Positions 1 to 14,400 of a DNA stretch of 64,000 bases are shown here, piece by piece. How positions within the stretch are numbered: position 1 is the stretch's first letter; each line of letters begins with the position of its first letter. The stretch is from Bugula neritina (taxonomy: Eukaryota > Animalia > Bryozoa). The stretch covers positions 17,357,781-17,421,780 of the forward strand of contig OZ037767.1 of the NCBI GenBank assembly GCA_964035545.1, given 5' to 3'. The position numbers and the translations under genes were made by a program. The notes beneath the pieces are model-generated. The model searched no databases, was not told where the DNA came from, and was given only the letters and a program-made list of their open reading frames with translations.

Positions 1-3000
1 TATACTATGATATAATATAATAAACAACACACTATATAATATATACTATGATATAATATAATAAACAACACACTATATAATATATACTATGATATAATAT
101 AATAAACACCACACTATATAGTATATACTATGATATAATATAATACACAACACACTATATAATATATACTATGATATAATATAATACACAACACACTATA
201 TAATATATACTATGATATAATATAATACACAACACACTATATAGTATATACTATGATATAATATAATAAACAACACACTATATAATATATACTATGATAT
301 AATATAATAAACAACACACTATATAATATATACTATGATATAATATAATACACAACACACTATATAGTATATACTATGATATAATATAATAAACAACACA
401 CTATATAGTATATACTATGATATAATATAATACACAACACACTAAATAATATATACTATGATATAATATAATAAACAACACACTATATAATATATACTAT
501 GATATAATATAATAAACAACACACTATATAATATATACTATGATATAATATAATAAACAACACACTATATAGTATATACTATGATATAATATAATAAACA
601 ACACACTATATAGTATATACTATGATATAATATAATAAACAACACACTATATAGTATATACTATGATATAATATAATAAACACCACACTATATAGTATAT
701 ACTATGATATAATATAATAAACAACACACTATATAGTATATACTATGATATAATATAATAAACAACACACTATATAGTATATACTATGATATAATATAAT
801 AAACAACACACTATATAATATATACTATGATATAATATAATAAACAACACACTATATAATATATACTATGATATAATATAATAAACAACACACTATATAA
901 TACATACTATGATATAATATAATAAACAACACACTATATAGTATATACTATGATATAATATAATAAACAACACACTATATAACATATACTATGATATAAT
1001 ATAATAAACAACACACTATATAACATATACTATGATATAATATAAGAAACAACACACTATATAGTATATACTATGATATAATATTATAATAAACAACACA
1101 CTATATAGTATATACTATGATATAATATAATACACAACACACTATATAATATATACTATGATATAATATAATAAACAACACACTATATAGTATATACTAT
1201 GATATAATATAATAAACAACACACTATATAGTATATACTATGATATAATATAATAAACAACACACTATATAATATATACTATGATATAATATAATACACA
1301 ACACACTATATAGTATATACTATGATATAATATAATACACAACACACTATATAGTATATACTATGATATAATATAATAAACAACACACTATATAATATAT
1401 ACTATGATCTAATATAATAAACAACACACTATATAATACATACTATGATATAATATAATAAACAACACACTATATAATATATACTATGATATAATATAAT
1501 AAACAACACACTATATATAATATATACTATGATATAATATAATAAACAACACACTAAATAATATATACTATGATATAATATAATACACAACACACTATAT
1601 AGTATATACTATGATATAATATAATAAACAACACACTATATAATATATACTATGATATAATATAATAAACACCACACTATATAATATATACTATGATATA
1701 ATATAATAAACACCACACTATATAATATATACTATGATATAATATAATAAACAACACACTATATAATATATACTATGATATAATATAATAAACAACACAC
1801 TATATAGTATATACTATGATATAATATAATAAACAACACACTATATAGTATATACTATGATATAATATAATAAACAACACACTATATAATATATACTATG
1901 ATATAATATAATAAACACCACACTATATAATATATACTATGATATAATATAATAAACAACACACTATATAGTATATACTATGATATAATATAATACACAA
2001 CACACTATATAATATATACTATGATATAATATAATAAACAACACACTATATAACATATACTATGATATAATATAATACACAACACACTATATAGTATATA
2101 CTATGATATAATATAATAAACAACACACTATATAGTATATACTATGATATAATATAATACACAACACACTATATAATATATACTATGATATAATATAATA
2201 AACAACACACTATATAATATATACTATGATATAATATAATAAACAACACACTATATAGTATATACTATGATATAATATAATAAACAACACACTATATAAT
2301 ATATACTATGATATAATATAATAAACAACACACTATATAATATATACTATGATATAATATAATACACAACACACTATATAATATATACTATGATATAATA
2401 TAATAAACACCACACTATATAGTATATACTATGATATAATATAATAAACAACACACTATATAATATATACTATGATATAATATAATAAACAACACACTAT
2501 ATAGTATATACTATGATATAATATAATAAACAACACACTATATAACATATACTATGATATAATATAATACACAACACACTATATAGTATATACTATGATA
2601 TAATATAATAAACAACACACTATATAGTATATACTATGATATAATATAATAAACAACACACTATATAGTATATACTATGATATAATATAATAAACAACAC
2701 ACTATATAATATATACTATGATATAATATAATAAACAACACACTATATAATATATACTATGATATAATATAATACACAACACACTATATAGTATATACTA
2801 TGATATAATATAATAAACAACACACTATATAATATATACTATGATATAATATAATAAACAACACACTATATAATATATACTATGATATAATATAATAAAC
2901 ACCACACTATATAGTATATACTATGATATAATATAATACACAACACACTATATAATATATACTATGATATAATATAATACACAACACACTATATAATATA

Positions 3001-6000
3001 TACTATGATATAATATAATACACAACACACTATATAGTATATACTATGATATAATATAATAAACAACACACTATATAATATATACTATGATATAATATAA
3101 TAAACAACACACTATATAATATATACTATGATATAATATAATACACAACACACTATATAGTATATACTATGATATAATATAATAAACAACACACTATATA
3201 GTATATACTATGATATAATATAATACACAACACACTAAATAATATATACTATGATATAATATAATAAACAACACACTATATAATATATACTATGATATAA
3301 TATAATAAACAACACACTATATAATATATACTATGATATAATATAATAAACAACACACTATATAGTATATACTATGATATAATATAATAAACAACACACT
3401 ATATAGTATATACTATGATATAATATAATAAACAACACACTATATAGTATATACTATGATATAATATAATAAACACCACACTATATAGTATATACTATGA
3501 TATAATATAATAAACAACACACTATATAGTATATACTATGATATAATATAATAAACAACACACTATATAGTATATACTATGATATAATATAATAAACAAC
3601 ACACTATATAATATATACTATGATATAATATAATAAACAACACACTATATAATATATACTATGATATAATATAATAAACAACACACTATATAATACATAC
3701 TATGATATAATATAATAAACAACACACTATATAGTATATACTATGATATAATATAATAAACAACACACTATATAACATATACTATGATATAATATAATAA
3801 ACAACACACTATATAACATATACTATGATATAATATAAGAAACAACACACTATATAGTATATACTATGATATAATATTATAATAAACAACACACTATATA
3901 GTATATACTATGATATAATATAATACACAACACACTATATAATATATACTATGATATAATATAATAAACAACACACTATATAGTATATACTATGATATAA
4001 TATAATAAACAACACACTATATAGTATATACTATGATATAATATAATAAACAACACACTATATAATATATACTATGATATAATATAATACACAACACACT
4101 ATATAGTATATACTATGATATAATATAATACACAACACACTATATAGTATATACTATGATATAATATAATAAACAACACACTATATAATATATACTATGA
4201 TCTAATATAATAAACAACACACTATATAATACATACTATGATATAATATAATAAACAACACACTATATAATATATACTATGATATAATATAATAAACAAC
4301 ACACTATATATAATATATACTATGATATAATATAATAAACAACACACTAAATAATATATACTATGATATAATATAATACACAACACACTATATAGTATAT
4401 ACTATGATATAATATAATAAACAACACACTATATAATATATACTATGATATAATATAATAAACACCACACTATATAATATATACTATGATATAATATAAT
4501 AAACACCACACTATATAATATATACTATGATATAATATAATAAACAACACACTATATAATATATACTATGATATAATATAATAAACAACACACTATATAG
4601 TATATACTATGATATAATATAATAAACAACACACTATATAGTATATACTATGATATAATATAATAAACAACACACTATATAATATATACTATGATATAAT
4701 ATAATAAACACCACACTATATAATATATACTATGATATAATATAATAAACAACACACTATATAGTATATACTATGATATAATATAATACACAACACACTA
4801 TATAATATATACTATGATATAATATAATAAACAACACACTATATAGTATATACTATGATATAATATAATAAACAACACACTATATAGTATATACTATGAT
4901 ATAATATAATACACAACACACTATATAATATATACTATGATATAATATAATAAACAACACACTATATAATATATACTATGATATAATATAATAAACAACA
5001 CACTATATAGTATATACTATGATATAATATAATAAACAACACACTATATAATATATACTATGATATAATATAATACACAACACACTATATAATATATACT
5101 ATGATATAATATAATAAACAACACACTATATAACATATACTATGATATAATATAATACACAACACACTATATAGTATATACTATGATATAATATAATAAA
5201 CAACACACTATATAGTATATACTATGATATAATATAATAAACAACACACTATATAATATATACTATGATCTAATATAATAAACAACACACTATATAATAC
5301 ATACTATGATATAATATAATAAACAACACACTATATAATATATACTATGATATAATATAATACACAACACACTATATAATATATACTATGATATAATATA
5401 ATAAACAACACACTATATAGTATATACTATGATATAATATAATAAACAACACACTATATAATATATACTATGATATAATATAATAAACAACACACTATAT
5501 AGTATATACTATGATATAATATAATAAACAACACACTATATAGTATATACTATGATATAATATAATAAACAACACACTATATAGTATATACTATGATATA
5601 ATATAATAAACAACACACTATATAATATATACTATGATATAATATAATAAACAACACACTATATAATATATACTATGATATAATATAATACACAACACAC
5701 TATATAGTATATACTATGATATAATATAATAAACAACACACTATATAATATATACTATGATATAATATAATAAACAACACACTATATAATATATACTATG
5801 ATATAATATAATAAACACCACACTATATAGTATATACTATGATATAATATAATACACAACACACTATATAATATATACTATGATATAATATAATACACAA
5901 CACACTATATAATATATACTATGATATAATATAATACACAACACACTATATAGTATATACTATGATATAATATAATAAACAACACACTATATAATATATA

Positions 6001-7000
6001 CTATGATATAATATAATAAACAACACACTATATAATATATACTATGATATAATATAATACACAACACACTATATAGTATATACTATGATATAATATAATA
6101 AACAACACACTATATAATATATACTATGATATAATATAATACACAACACACTAAATAATATATACTATGATATAATATAATAAACAACACACTATATAAT
6201 ATATACTATGATATAATATAATAAACAACACACTATATAATATATACTATGATATAATATAATAAACAACACACTATATAGTATATACTATGATATAATA
6301 TAATAAACAACACACTATATAGTATATACTATGATATAATATAATAAACAACACACTATATAGTATATACTATGATATAATATAATAAACACCACACTAT
6401 ATAGTATATACTATGATATAATATAATAAACAACACACTATATAGTATATACTATGATATAATATAATAAACAACACACTATATAGTATATACTATGATA
6501 TAATATAATAAACAACACACTATATAATATATACTATGATATAATATAATAAACAACACACTATATAATATATACTATGATATAATATAATAAACAACAC
6601 ACTATATAATACATACTATGATATAATATAATAAACAACACACTATATAGTATATACTATGATATAATATAATAAACAACACACTATATAACATATACTA
6701 TGATATAATATAATAAACAACACACTATATAACATATACTATGATATAATATAAGAAACAACACACTATATAGTATATACTATGATATAATATTATAATA
6801 AACAACACACTATATAGTATATACTATGATATAATATAATACACAACACACTATATAATATATACTATGATATAATATAATAAACAACACACTATATAGT
6901 ATATACTATGATATAATATAATAAACAACACACTATATAGTATATACTATGATATAATATAATAAACAACACACTATATAGTATATACTATGATATAATA
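1..7000. repeat. 41-bp AT-rich satellite array, in the last intron of MRPS5 copy C; runs off the left edge
   Basis: Monomer TATACTATGATATAATATAATA(A/C)ACAACACACTATATA(A/G)TA recurs at 1, 42, 83 and onward, about 170 copies. Confidence 0.98.
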
Positions 7001-7745
7001 TGTAATTAATTGGAATGCCAGTGAAATTTCTTGCTCTCATCAAAACAAACAAAGTTAACCAACGTGCCCATAATTAGAAAACCATTACATTAGTCATGTA
7101 TATGTAGCTGTTTTGCTTTTATAGCTATGACAAATTTGCACACGAAAGTCAACAAGATTTCCTCATGTGTATGATTTCACTATGACTAAGTTATATAAAT
7201 AGTTTTTTACACCATCAGCTTCCTGAAATGATTCATCCATTGAAGTATATTTTACTCTCAGCTCTCATTCTATGCTACACTTTCAGTCAGCTAACATGTA
7301 GCATAAACTGCTGAGTAACTTTTCACTTATGTTATATTAAATATTTTGTTGCATTTAAATCAATATTGTCAAAGTAGAGAATAAATACCTACTACATTAA
7401 CATCAAAGTTATAAGCTCCATTCCTGGATGGTCTAACAAGGTAATTATTGCTATTGTAGTATTTTTGACAATCATTTATGGCATTTGTATTATCCTTTTT
7501 TTAATATCAATTTTAATAATTTAGATGGTGTATACTGATTTTTATAGCAAGACTTGTTCTTTATTTGAAGCTTATTAGTTAATGTCAAATTATCACTGAT
7601 AAAAGTTTTATCACATATTATCATTCATTATAGCATATTCACAATTTCATTAATTGTAGTTTTCACGACAGTTTTACCAATAAAACATCAGTAGAGACTG
7701 AAGACCACATTGTGCCTGTTTACAAACCAGGGATGATAGTTTACA
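7001..7745 (+). repeat. 5' LTR (745 bp)
   Basis: Starts TGTAATTAAT, ends TAGTTTACA; no difference from 14875-15619 found by eye; AATAAA at 7679-7684; TATA-like TATATAAAT at 7192-7200. Confidence 0.96.
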
Positions 7746-7754
7746 GTGAAAACT
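7746..7754 (+). promoter_or_regulatory. Non-canonical primer-binding site (GTGAAAACT), complementary to LTR 7658-7666
   Basis: Directly follows the 5' LTR and lacks the TGG start of tRNA-type PBSs; exact reverse complement of AGTTTTCAC at 7658-7666. Confidence 0.55.
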
Positions 7755-8458
7755 TGTGACTGGAGTAAACAGCTTGCTAATCCTATAACCAGTGGCTTGC
7801 GCTAACTTGAGACCAGCGAGACAAACAGCAGCTAGAAAAGACAACTACCGATCCAGCCTCAGCATTGTTAGATCAGTATAGCATCCATCAACTCTACTGC
7901 CAAGTCTCCAGCATTGTCAACAATAGCTACACTGCCAACCACTATAGTAACCAGCACTCACACTCCTGTCATACATACAAGTTACAGCTAAGTAACCATT
8001 ACTTCTAAGAATTCATTCACTGCTAATCACACAAATTAGCAGTATCAGACTCATTGGAATTCAGTAGAACGTTGCTAGCTTTGATCAAACATTACACAGA
8101 AACTATTTTTTATCACACAAGACTTGATTAAAAAATAATTTCTTTTCTGGGTATTGTAATATTGAAAATATTTGTCTTTTTGTAGTCATAGGGAATCATT
8201 TCCTTATACTCATTCTGTAAATCTGTTCTTTATATTATTTATCACTGACACTAGGTATCAAATTTACTTGTGTAATAGTGAAATCATACATATAGAGGCA
8301 GTCTTATACTGCAAGTAGGTGCAGTATTCAATTTTCAAATTCAGCTACATATATTAGACAAATACTACTTAGTTTTGCATGCACTATTGCACAATCATAC
8401 ATTAGAAACTTTTTGAGAGCAATTAATTTCATTGGCTGGCACTCAAATTCAGTAGCCT

Positions 8459-11400
8459 ATGAGTCATTATCATAGCGCACGGCTGCGTGTTCAGCAACAC
8501 TTAGAGCATATAAAAATATCATTAGAAATTATTAGTGAATTCCATTTGCTAGTAACTCGAGAATTGGCGGACAACATTACATTAATTCGCGCAAAAGAGC
8601 TGCGAAAACAGCTTCTAAACAATCAAACTGTACAAGAAGCCGAACAACATTTAACAGAAGCTCGCGGTTTAGGTATAAGTGAGGAGAAGCTGCGAAATAT
8701 ACTGCGTGAATTTGATCGTATTGCAGGCGATAGAAAAACTATTTTAACAAAACTTGAGCATTGGCTTCATGCAATGGACGCCAATAGTTCTGACGGCGAA
8801 AATAGCACTTTCAAAATAGCAAAAGTTGATGTAAGATCTCGCGTGTTACCATCTATCCCTCCCTCAGATAATTCAAAAATTGTCAAATCGCATGCTAGTC
8901 ATTCCTCGAGTAAGTCAAAAAATTCAGTTGAGTCGGAACGCGCTGGGCCTGCCAAATCCGTCAGCGTACATAGTTCTGATTATCAATCTAATCACTCCAA
9001 GTCAAAGAAATCTCATCATTCTAGTCACCATATTGGCAATTCTAGACATTCTGGAGCTAGTGACATATCCTCATCTCATGCACCTGATTCCGCTAGTGGT
9101 TCTTGGAAAACAAGAACTACTGGTACATCTAGATCTTCCAAATCTAACGCATCATACTATAAAGCTCAATTAGCTAAATCTGCGGCTAAAGTTGCTGCTG
9201 CTGAAGCAAAGTTTCAAGCAGAGTGTGAAGCTCGGCAGGTTGAAGAGGAAATACAGCGTCTTGAGCTCAAGCACAAAGAGCAAATCCTCACTCGCAAAGG
9301 CCACATTGCCGAGCTGAAACTCAAAGCTGAAATCGATGCAGAGAAAGCTCAGCTAAATGCATTTCAGCAAGCCCTAGACGATGAGCTTGAAACTGAGCTT
9401 AGAGATACTCTCATGAGACCCCCTTCTAGAGCATCTCATAACTCATCGAACCCTTCACCATTTCTGCATTCTCCACATCATATTGACCTCTCAAATCAAT
9501 TCCCATCAACTGGAGGTCAACCAGCTCACGATATAAAGCAGTCTTTAATGACTAAGGAGGAGTTGCCTCACCAAAGCCCAGGTATCCACAAAGATCCTTA
9601 TGAACAATATCCACAAGTCAACTCAGCTGCTCATCTTCCCACACACCAAAATACTCATCCCACACATACACACTTGCAATCACCTAACCCACTTACCAAT
9701 CTGACCACTACAGATTTCTCTGCTGCTATAGGGAAGAGTATAGGTGACTCAATGGCCGCCGCTATGACAATGCAAGCCAATCATCTTCCCACTCCTGACA
9801 AGTTTACTGGTGATCCGCTTGAGTACGCAGATTGGAAGCTGGCCTTTGATGGTTTGATTGGTTCTTGTCCATATACCGATTTACAGAAGCTTCATTTGTT
9901 GAGAGAGTATGTGGATGGCGATGCCAAGCAGGCTATAAGGGGCTATTTTTCATTGCAAAGTTCAAATGCGTATCAAGATGCATTACATGCTCTCGAAACT
10001 GAGTTTGGTTCGGAAGAGCTGATTGAAGAGCAGTTTCTAGACCGACTAGAAGCATGGCCTAGAGTAACTGATGCCAAATCTCTCAAGAGTTACAGTTACT
10101 TCTTAAACCAATGTCTATCTGCCTCAAGGCAGATATCTGGTTTGAAAGTCCTGGACAGAAAACGGGAGAACAAAAAGCTAGCGAGTGTTCTGCCCAACAA
10201 CCTTCAAGAACGATGGTTAAGACATGCCATCGCACAGGAGGAAAAGAGAAAAGTGTTCCCTTCCTTTCATAAATTTGCAGGCTTTGTAGCACATGAGGCT
10301 AAAATTTCTTGTAGCAATTTGAGAGAAAAATATAAAAGTGGGTCCAGTAAAACTGCATTCAAGCCAATCACCAAACAAAACAACAGCAAACACTCAATTA
10401 CATTAAAATCTGAAACAACATTACCAACACCAATAGTTTCAAAAACTTCAGAATTAGTCATAAATCAACAAAAACATGCTAATAAGTCACAACACACTGA
10501 CAGCCAGTCAGCAAAACAACAAAACAGCCTGTCATTTGACCAAAAGCAGAGAAAAGAACCAGAATGTGCATACTGCCTCTCAAACAAAAAACCCAGATGG
10601 AAACACCACACTGCTCACTGCTGGAATTTAGCAAAACTTTCTGCTCGACAAGTAAATGACTTCCTTGCTAGCAACAGCTTATGTTTCAAATGTGCCGTAA
10701 GCGGTCACAGTTACAAAAACTGCAACATGAAACCAGTATGTGAGACATGTAAGCAAGCTCATCCCACAATATTTCACCAGAAATACACATCTCAACCCAC
10801 AAAGCAAGCAGATGAAAGTAAAATGCAATGTTCAAACCAAAATAAAGATAGCACAGTATGCAATAATCTTTCCATAAATACATCACAAACACTCATGTCT
10901 ATGACTCTTCCTGTTTGGGTTTCTTCTGTCAAAGATCCACATACAAAAGTATTAACATATGCCAACCTTGACTCAGGCAGCGACTCATGTTATATAACCA
11001 ATTCTATTGTTGAACAACTCACATGCACCAAAAAACCAACTAAACTGCCAATGGCAACAATGACACACCAAAACTTTGAGCTAGATACAATGGTAACCGA
11101 TGACCTAATTATCAAAGGATATAGCTGCAATAAGGAGGTGAAACTTCCTAATGTGTATTCTGCAGAAGAAATACCTGCTAAGTATGAGTCTATTCCACAG
11201 GCGGGTGCTCTTACCGCCTGGCCACATTTACAAGACTTGGCAAAAAACATGGTCAAGGGACAAAACATTTCAGTAGGTCTACTCATTGGAGGCAACTGCC
11301 CATTAGCCTTCAAACCTAGAGAGGTAGTAGTGGGAAACGACGCAGACGATGAACCATTTGGCGTACGTACTGACCTAGGGTGGGTTATCATGGGTAGTCT

Positions 11401-14400
11401 AGCTACAAATAACACACATGATGACAATTCAGGCAGCAAAACAACAATAGTCAATAAAACCGTAACTCATTCACCCAAGAAAGCTAAAACCACAGTATCT
11501 TTCAAATGCCAAACTGAAACATCAAAACAAATCAACAAAATCATAAATATATTGGCTCAAGATTTCAAGGAATGTGTAACAGACAAAGAAGCGGCTTCTG
11601 TAGAAGACCGAGCATTTTTGTCTCTCATGAAACAAGAAACAAAGATCATTGATGGTCATGTCACCATGCCTCTACCTTTCAAACACAAACCACCACGAAA
11701 TAACAGTTTTAAAACAGCAAAAAACCGATTCAATTCACTACTGAAAAAGTTCTCTAAGAATCAAAACTTGGAAAACCAGTACAAAAAGTTCATGGAAGAC
11801 CTCATTAGCAAGGGTGAGGCTGAAATAGTTCCACAAGGCTTAGCTAGCCATGAGGACAGCACATGGTACATACCACATTTCGAGGTATGGCATCCAAAGA
11901 AGCCAGGCAAGATTAGAGTAGTCTTCGATGGTGCTGCAAAGACAGATGGAAAGTGCATAAACGACTATCTCATGACAGGTCCAGATCATCTAAACAGTCT
12001 AACTGGTATCCTCCTTCGCTTTCGCCAGGAACAGATTGCTGTTACATGTGATATTGAGCGAATGTTTCACCAATTTCGTGTTGCAACGGAAGATACAGAT
12101 TATCTCCGATTTTTCTGGCTAGATGAACGTGGTGAAATAGCAGTGTTCCGCATGAAAGTGCATGTGTTTGGAGCGACCTCGTCTCCTGCATGTGCAACAT
12201 ATGGCCTACGTTATCTGGCTGACCAATACAGCACAGATGATCCATCAAGTCAACAAGCCCGAAACTTCATTAGAAATCAGTTCTATGTGGATGACGGCTT
12301 GCTTAGTATGCCTGACGCAACATCTGCAACAAAAGTACTTACTGAGGCAATGAGAATTTGCCAACAAGGTAAAGTACACTTGCACAAGATTCTTTCTAAC
12401 GAGAAAGAAGTATTAAATTCATTCCCCAAATCTGAACAATCTGCAACTCTGCATGATCTTGACCTAAACTCTGACTGTCTTCCAACTGAAAGAACTTTGG
12501 GATTGATGTGGAATTCTGAGCAAGATTCCTTTCAGTTTCAAGTTAATCTCGCTGATAAGCCCAACACTAGACGAGGTGTGCTCTCAAATGTAGCCTCGGT
12601 CTTTGATCCACTTGGCCTCATATCACCGGTTATACTGCAAGGTAAAATGGTTCTCCAAGATCTTTGCAGAAAACATTTAGACTGGGATGATCCTTTAGAT
12701 GAAAGCATGCTGGCAAAATGGTTGCCATGGAAACAAAGCCTCAAAGATCTTGAGCACCTATCAATTCCTAGAAACTACGTACCATCATCATTTGGAACAC
12801 CTGCTAAGGTTGAGCTCCATACCTTTAGCGACGCGAGTACAACGGGCTACGGCCAATGCTCCTACTTGCGATTTGTAAGCCCAGCCAAACGTGTGCATGT
12901 TGCTTTAATCTGTAGCAAAGGTCGTGTCACTCCGCTCAAAGCTATTACTGTTCCCAGATTGGAACTTCAAGCAGCACGTGGGGCTGTAGATTTAAGCCTC
13001 AAGGCAGCAGAAGAGCTAGGTATGGACAATGTAGCTCAGTACTTTTATTCTGACTCAGAAGTAGTTCTTGGTTATATAAAGAACACACAGGCTAGATATC
13101 ACACATTTGTTGCAAATCGAGTTCAGCAAATCCGTGACGGCTCCAATGCCGACAACTGGTTTCATGTCCCAACTAAACTCAACCCTGCAGATCATGCATC
13201 ACGTGGGTTATCACCAAAGCAAATTTTCTCTCCTGAGTGCATTTGGTTCACAGGACCAGACTTCTTGTGGAATGAACCTCTCATACTCCCTCATCAGAAA
13301 AAATTCATCAACTCACATGACGATCAAGAAGTGAAAGTTGCATTAGCCACTCAACACATCCTTGCTCCTCTTAGTCAGCGTATAACCATTTTCTCTAACC
13401 TAGATTACACTCTTAAGGTTATTGCTAGAATCCAAACAGCACTATGCAAAACCCCTCTCACTCAGCAAGAGAAACGCCAAAAAGCGTTACACTCTTTGGT
13501 CAAGTCAGTTCAATCAGAATTCTTCACTCTAGAAATCAAGCAACTCCAACAAACTCAGACTACATCTAAGCATAGCTCCATTGCAAAACTATGCCCATTT
13601 CTAGATAAGGCGGGTCTACTCAGGGTGGGAGGAAGGCTACAAAACAGTAAATTGCTATCATTCGAAGAAAAACATCCTTTACTCTTACCTAAGCATAGTC
13701 ATCTCACTACGCTTATCATAAATGACACACATGCAAAACTAGGACACCTTGGCTTAGAGTATACTCTGTCTAAAATAAGATCACAGGGATTTTGGATCAT
13801 TGGTGGTAAATCCACAATTTCATCAAAGCTACGTCTCTGTGTAACATGTAAAAGAATCAAAGCTAAACCCTTGACACCACAAATGGCAACATTACCATCA
13901 GTGAGAGTTAACGAAGCCCCTCCTTTCACCCACTGTGGATTAGATTGTTTCGGCCCTTTTATTGTCAAGGATGGTAGAAAGGAATCGAAACGATATGGCT
14001 TGATAGTCACATGTATGGCCTCACGAGCTGTTCACATTGAACTTTTAGAGGACATGACTACTGACAGCTTTATAAACGCTATCAGGACTGTGGTAGCCAT
14101 TAGGGGTCCAATTCAGACAATTCAATCAGACCAAGGTACCAACTTCATTGGTGCCGCGAGTCTTCTACAAAGTGATGGGACCGACAGCAAACTTAAATCT
14201 ATGAACATCACAATGAATTTCAACCCTCCTCACTCTAGCAATTTTGGAGGAGTGTGGGAAAGGCAGATAAGGACTATCCGCTCTGTGCTACAAGGCCTTG
14301 GAACGAGACATGGTGGGAGGCTCTCTACCTCTTTGCTACGAACTTTGTTTTATGAAGTGATGGCCATCATAAACTGTCGCCCATTAACCTCAACAACTGA

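Noticed and set aside
7441-7547. Intron-like donor and acceptors inside the LTR
   Set aside because: Such motifs are common by chance in AT-rich DNA and cannot be supported without transcripts.
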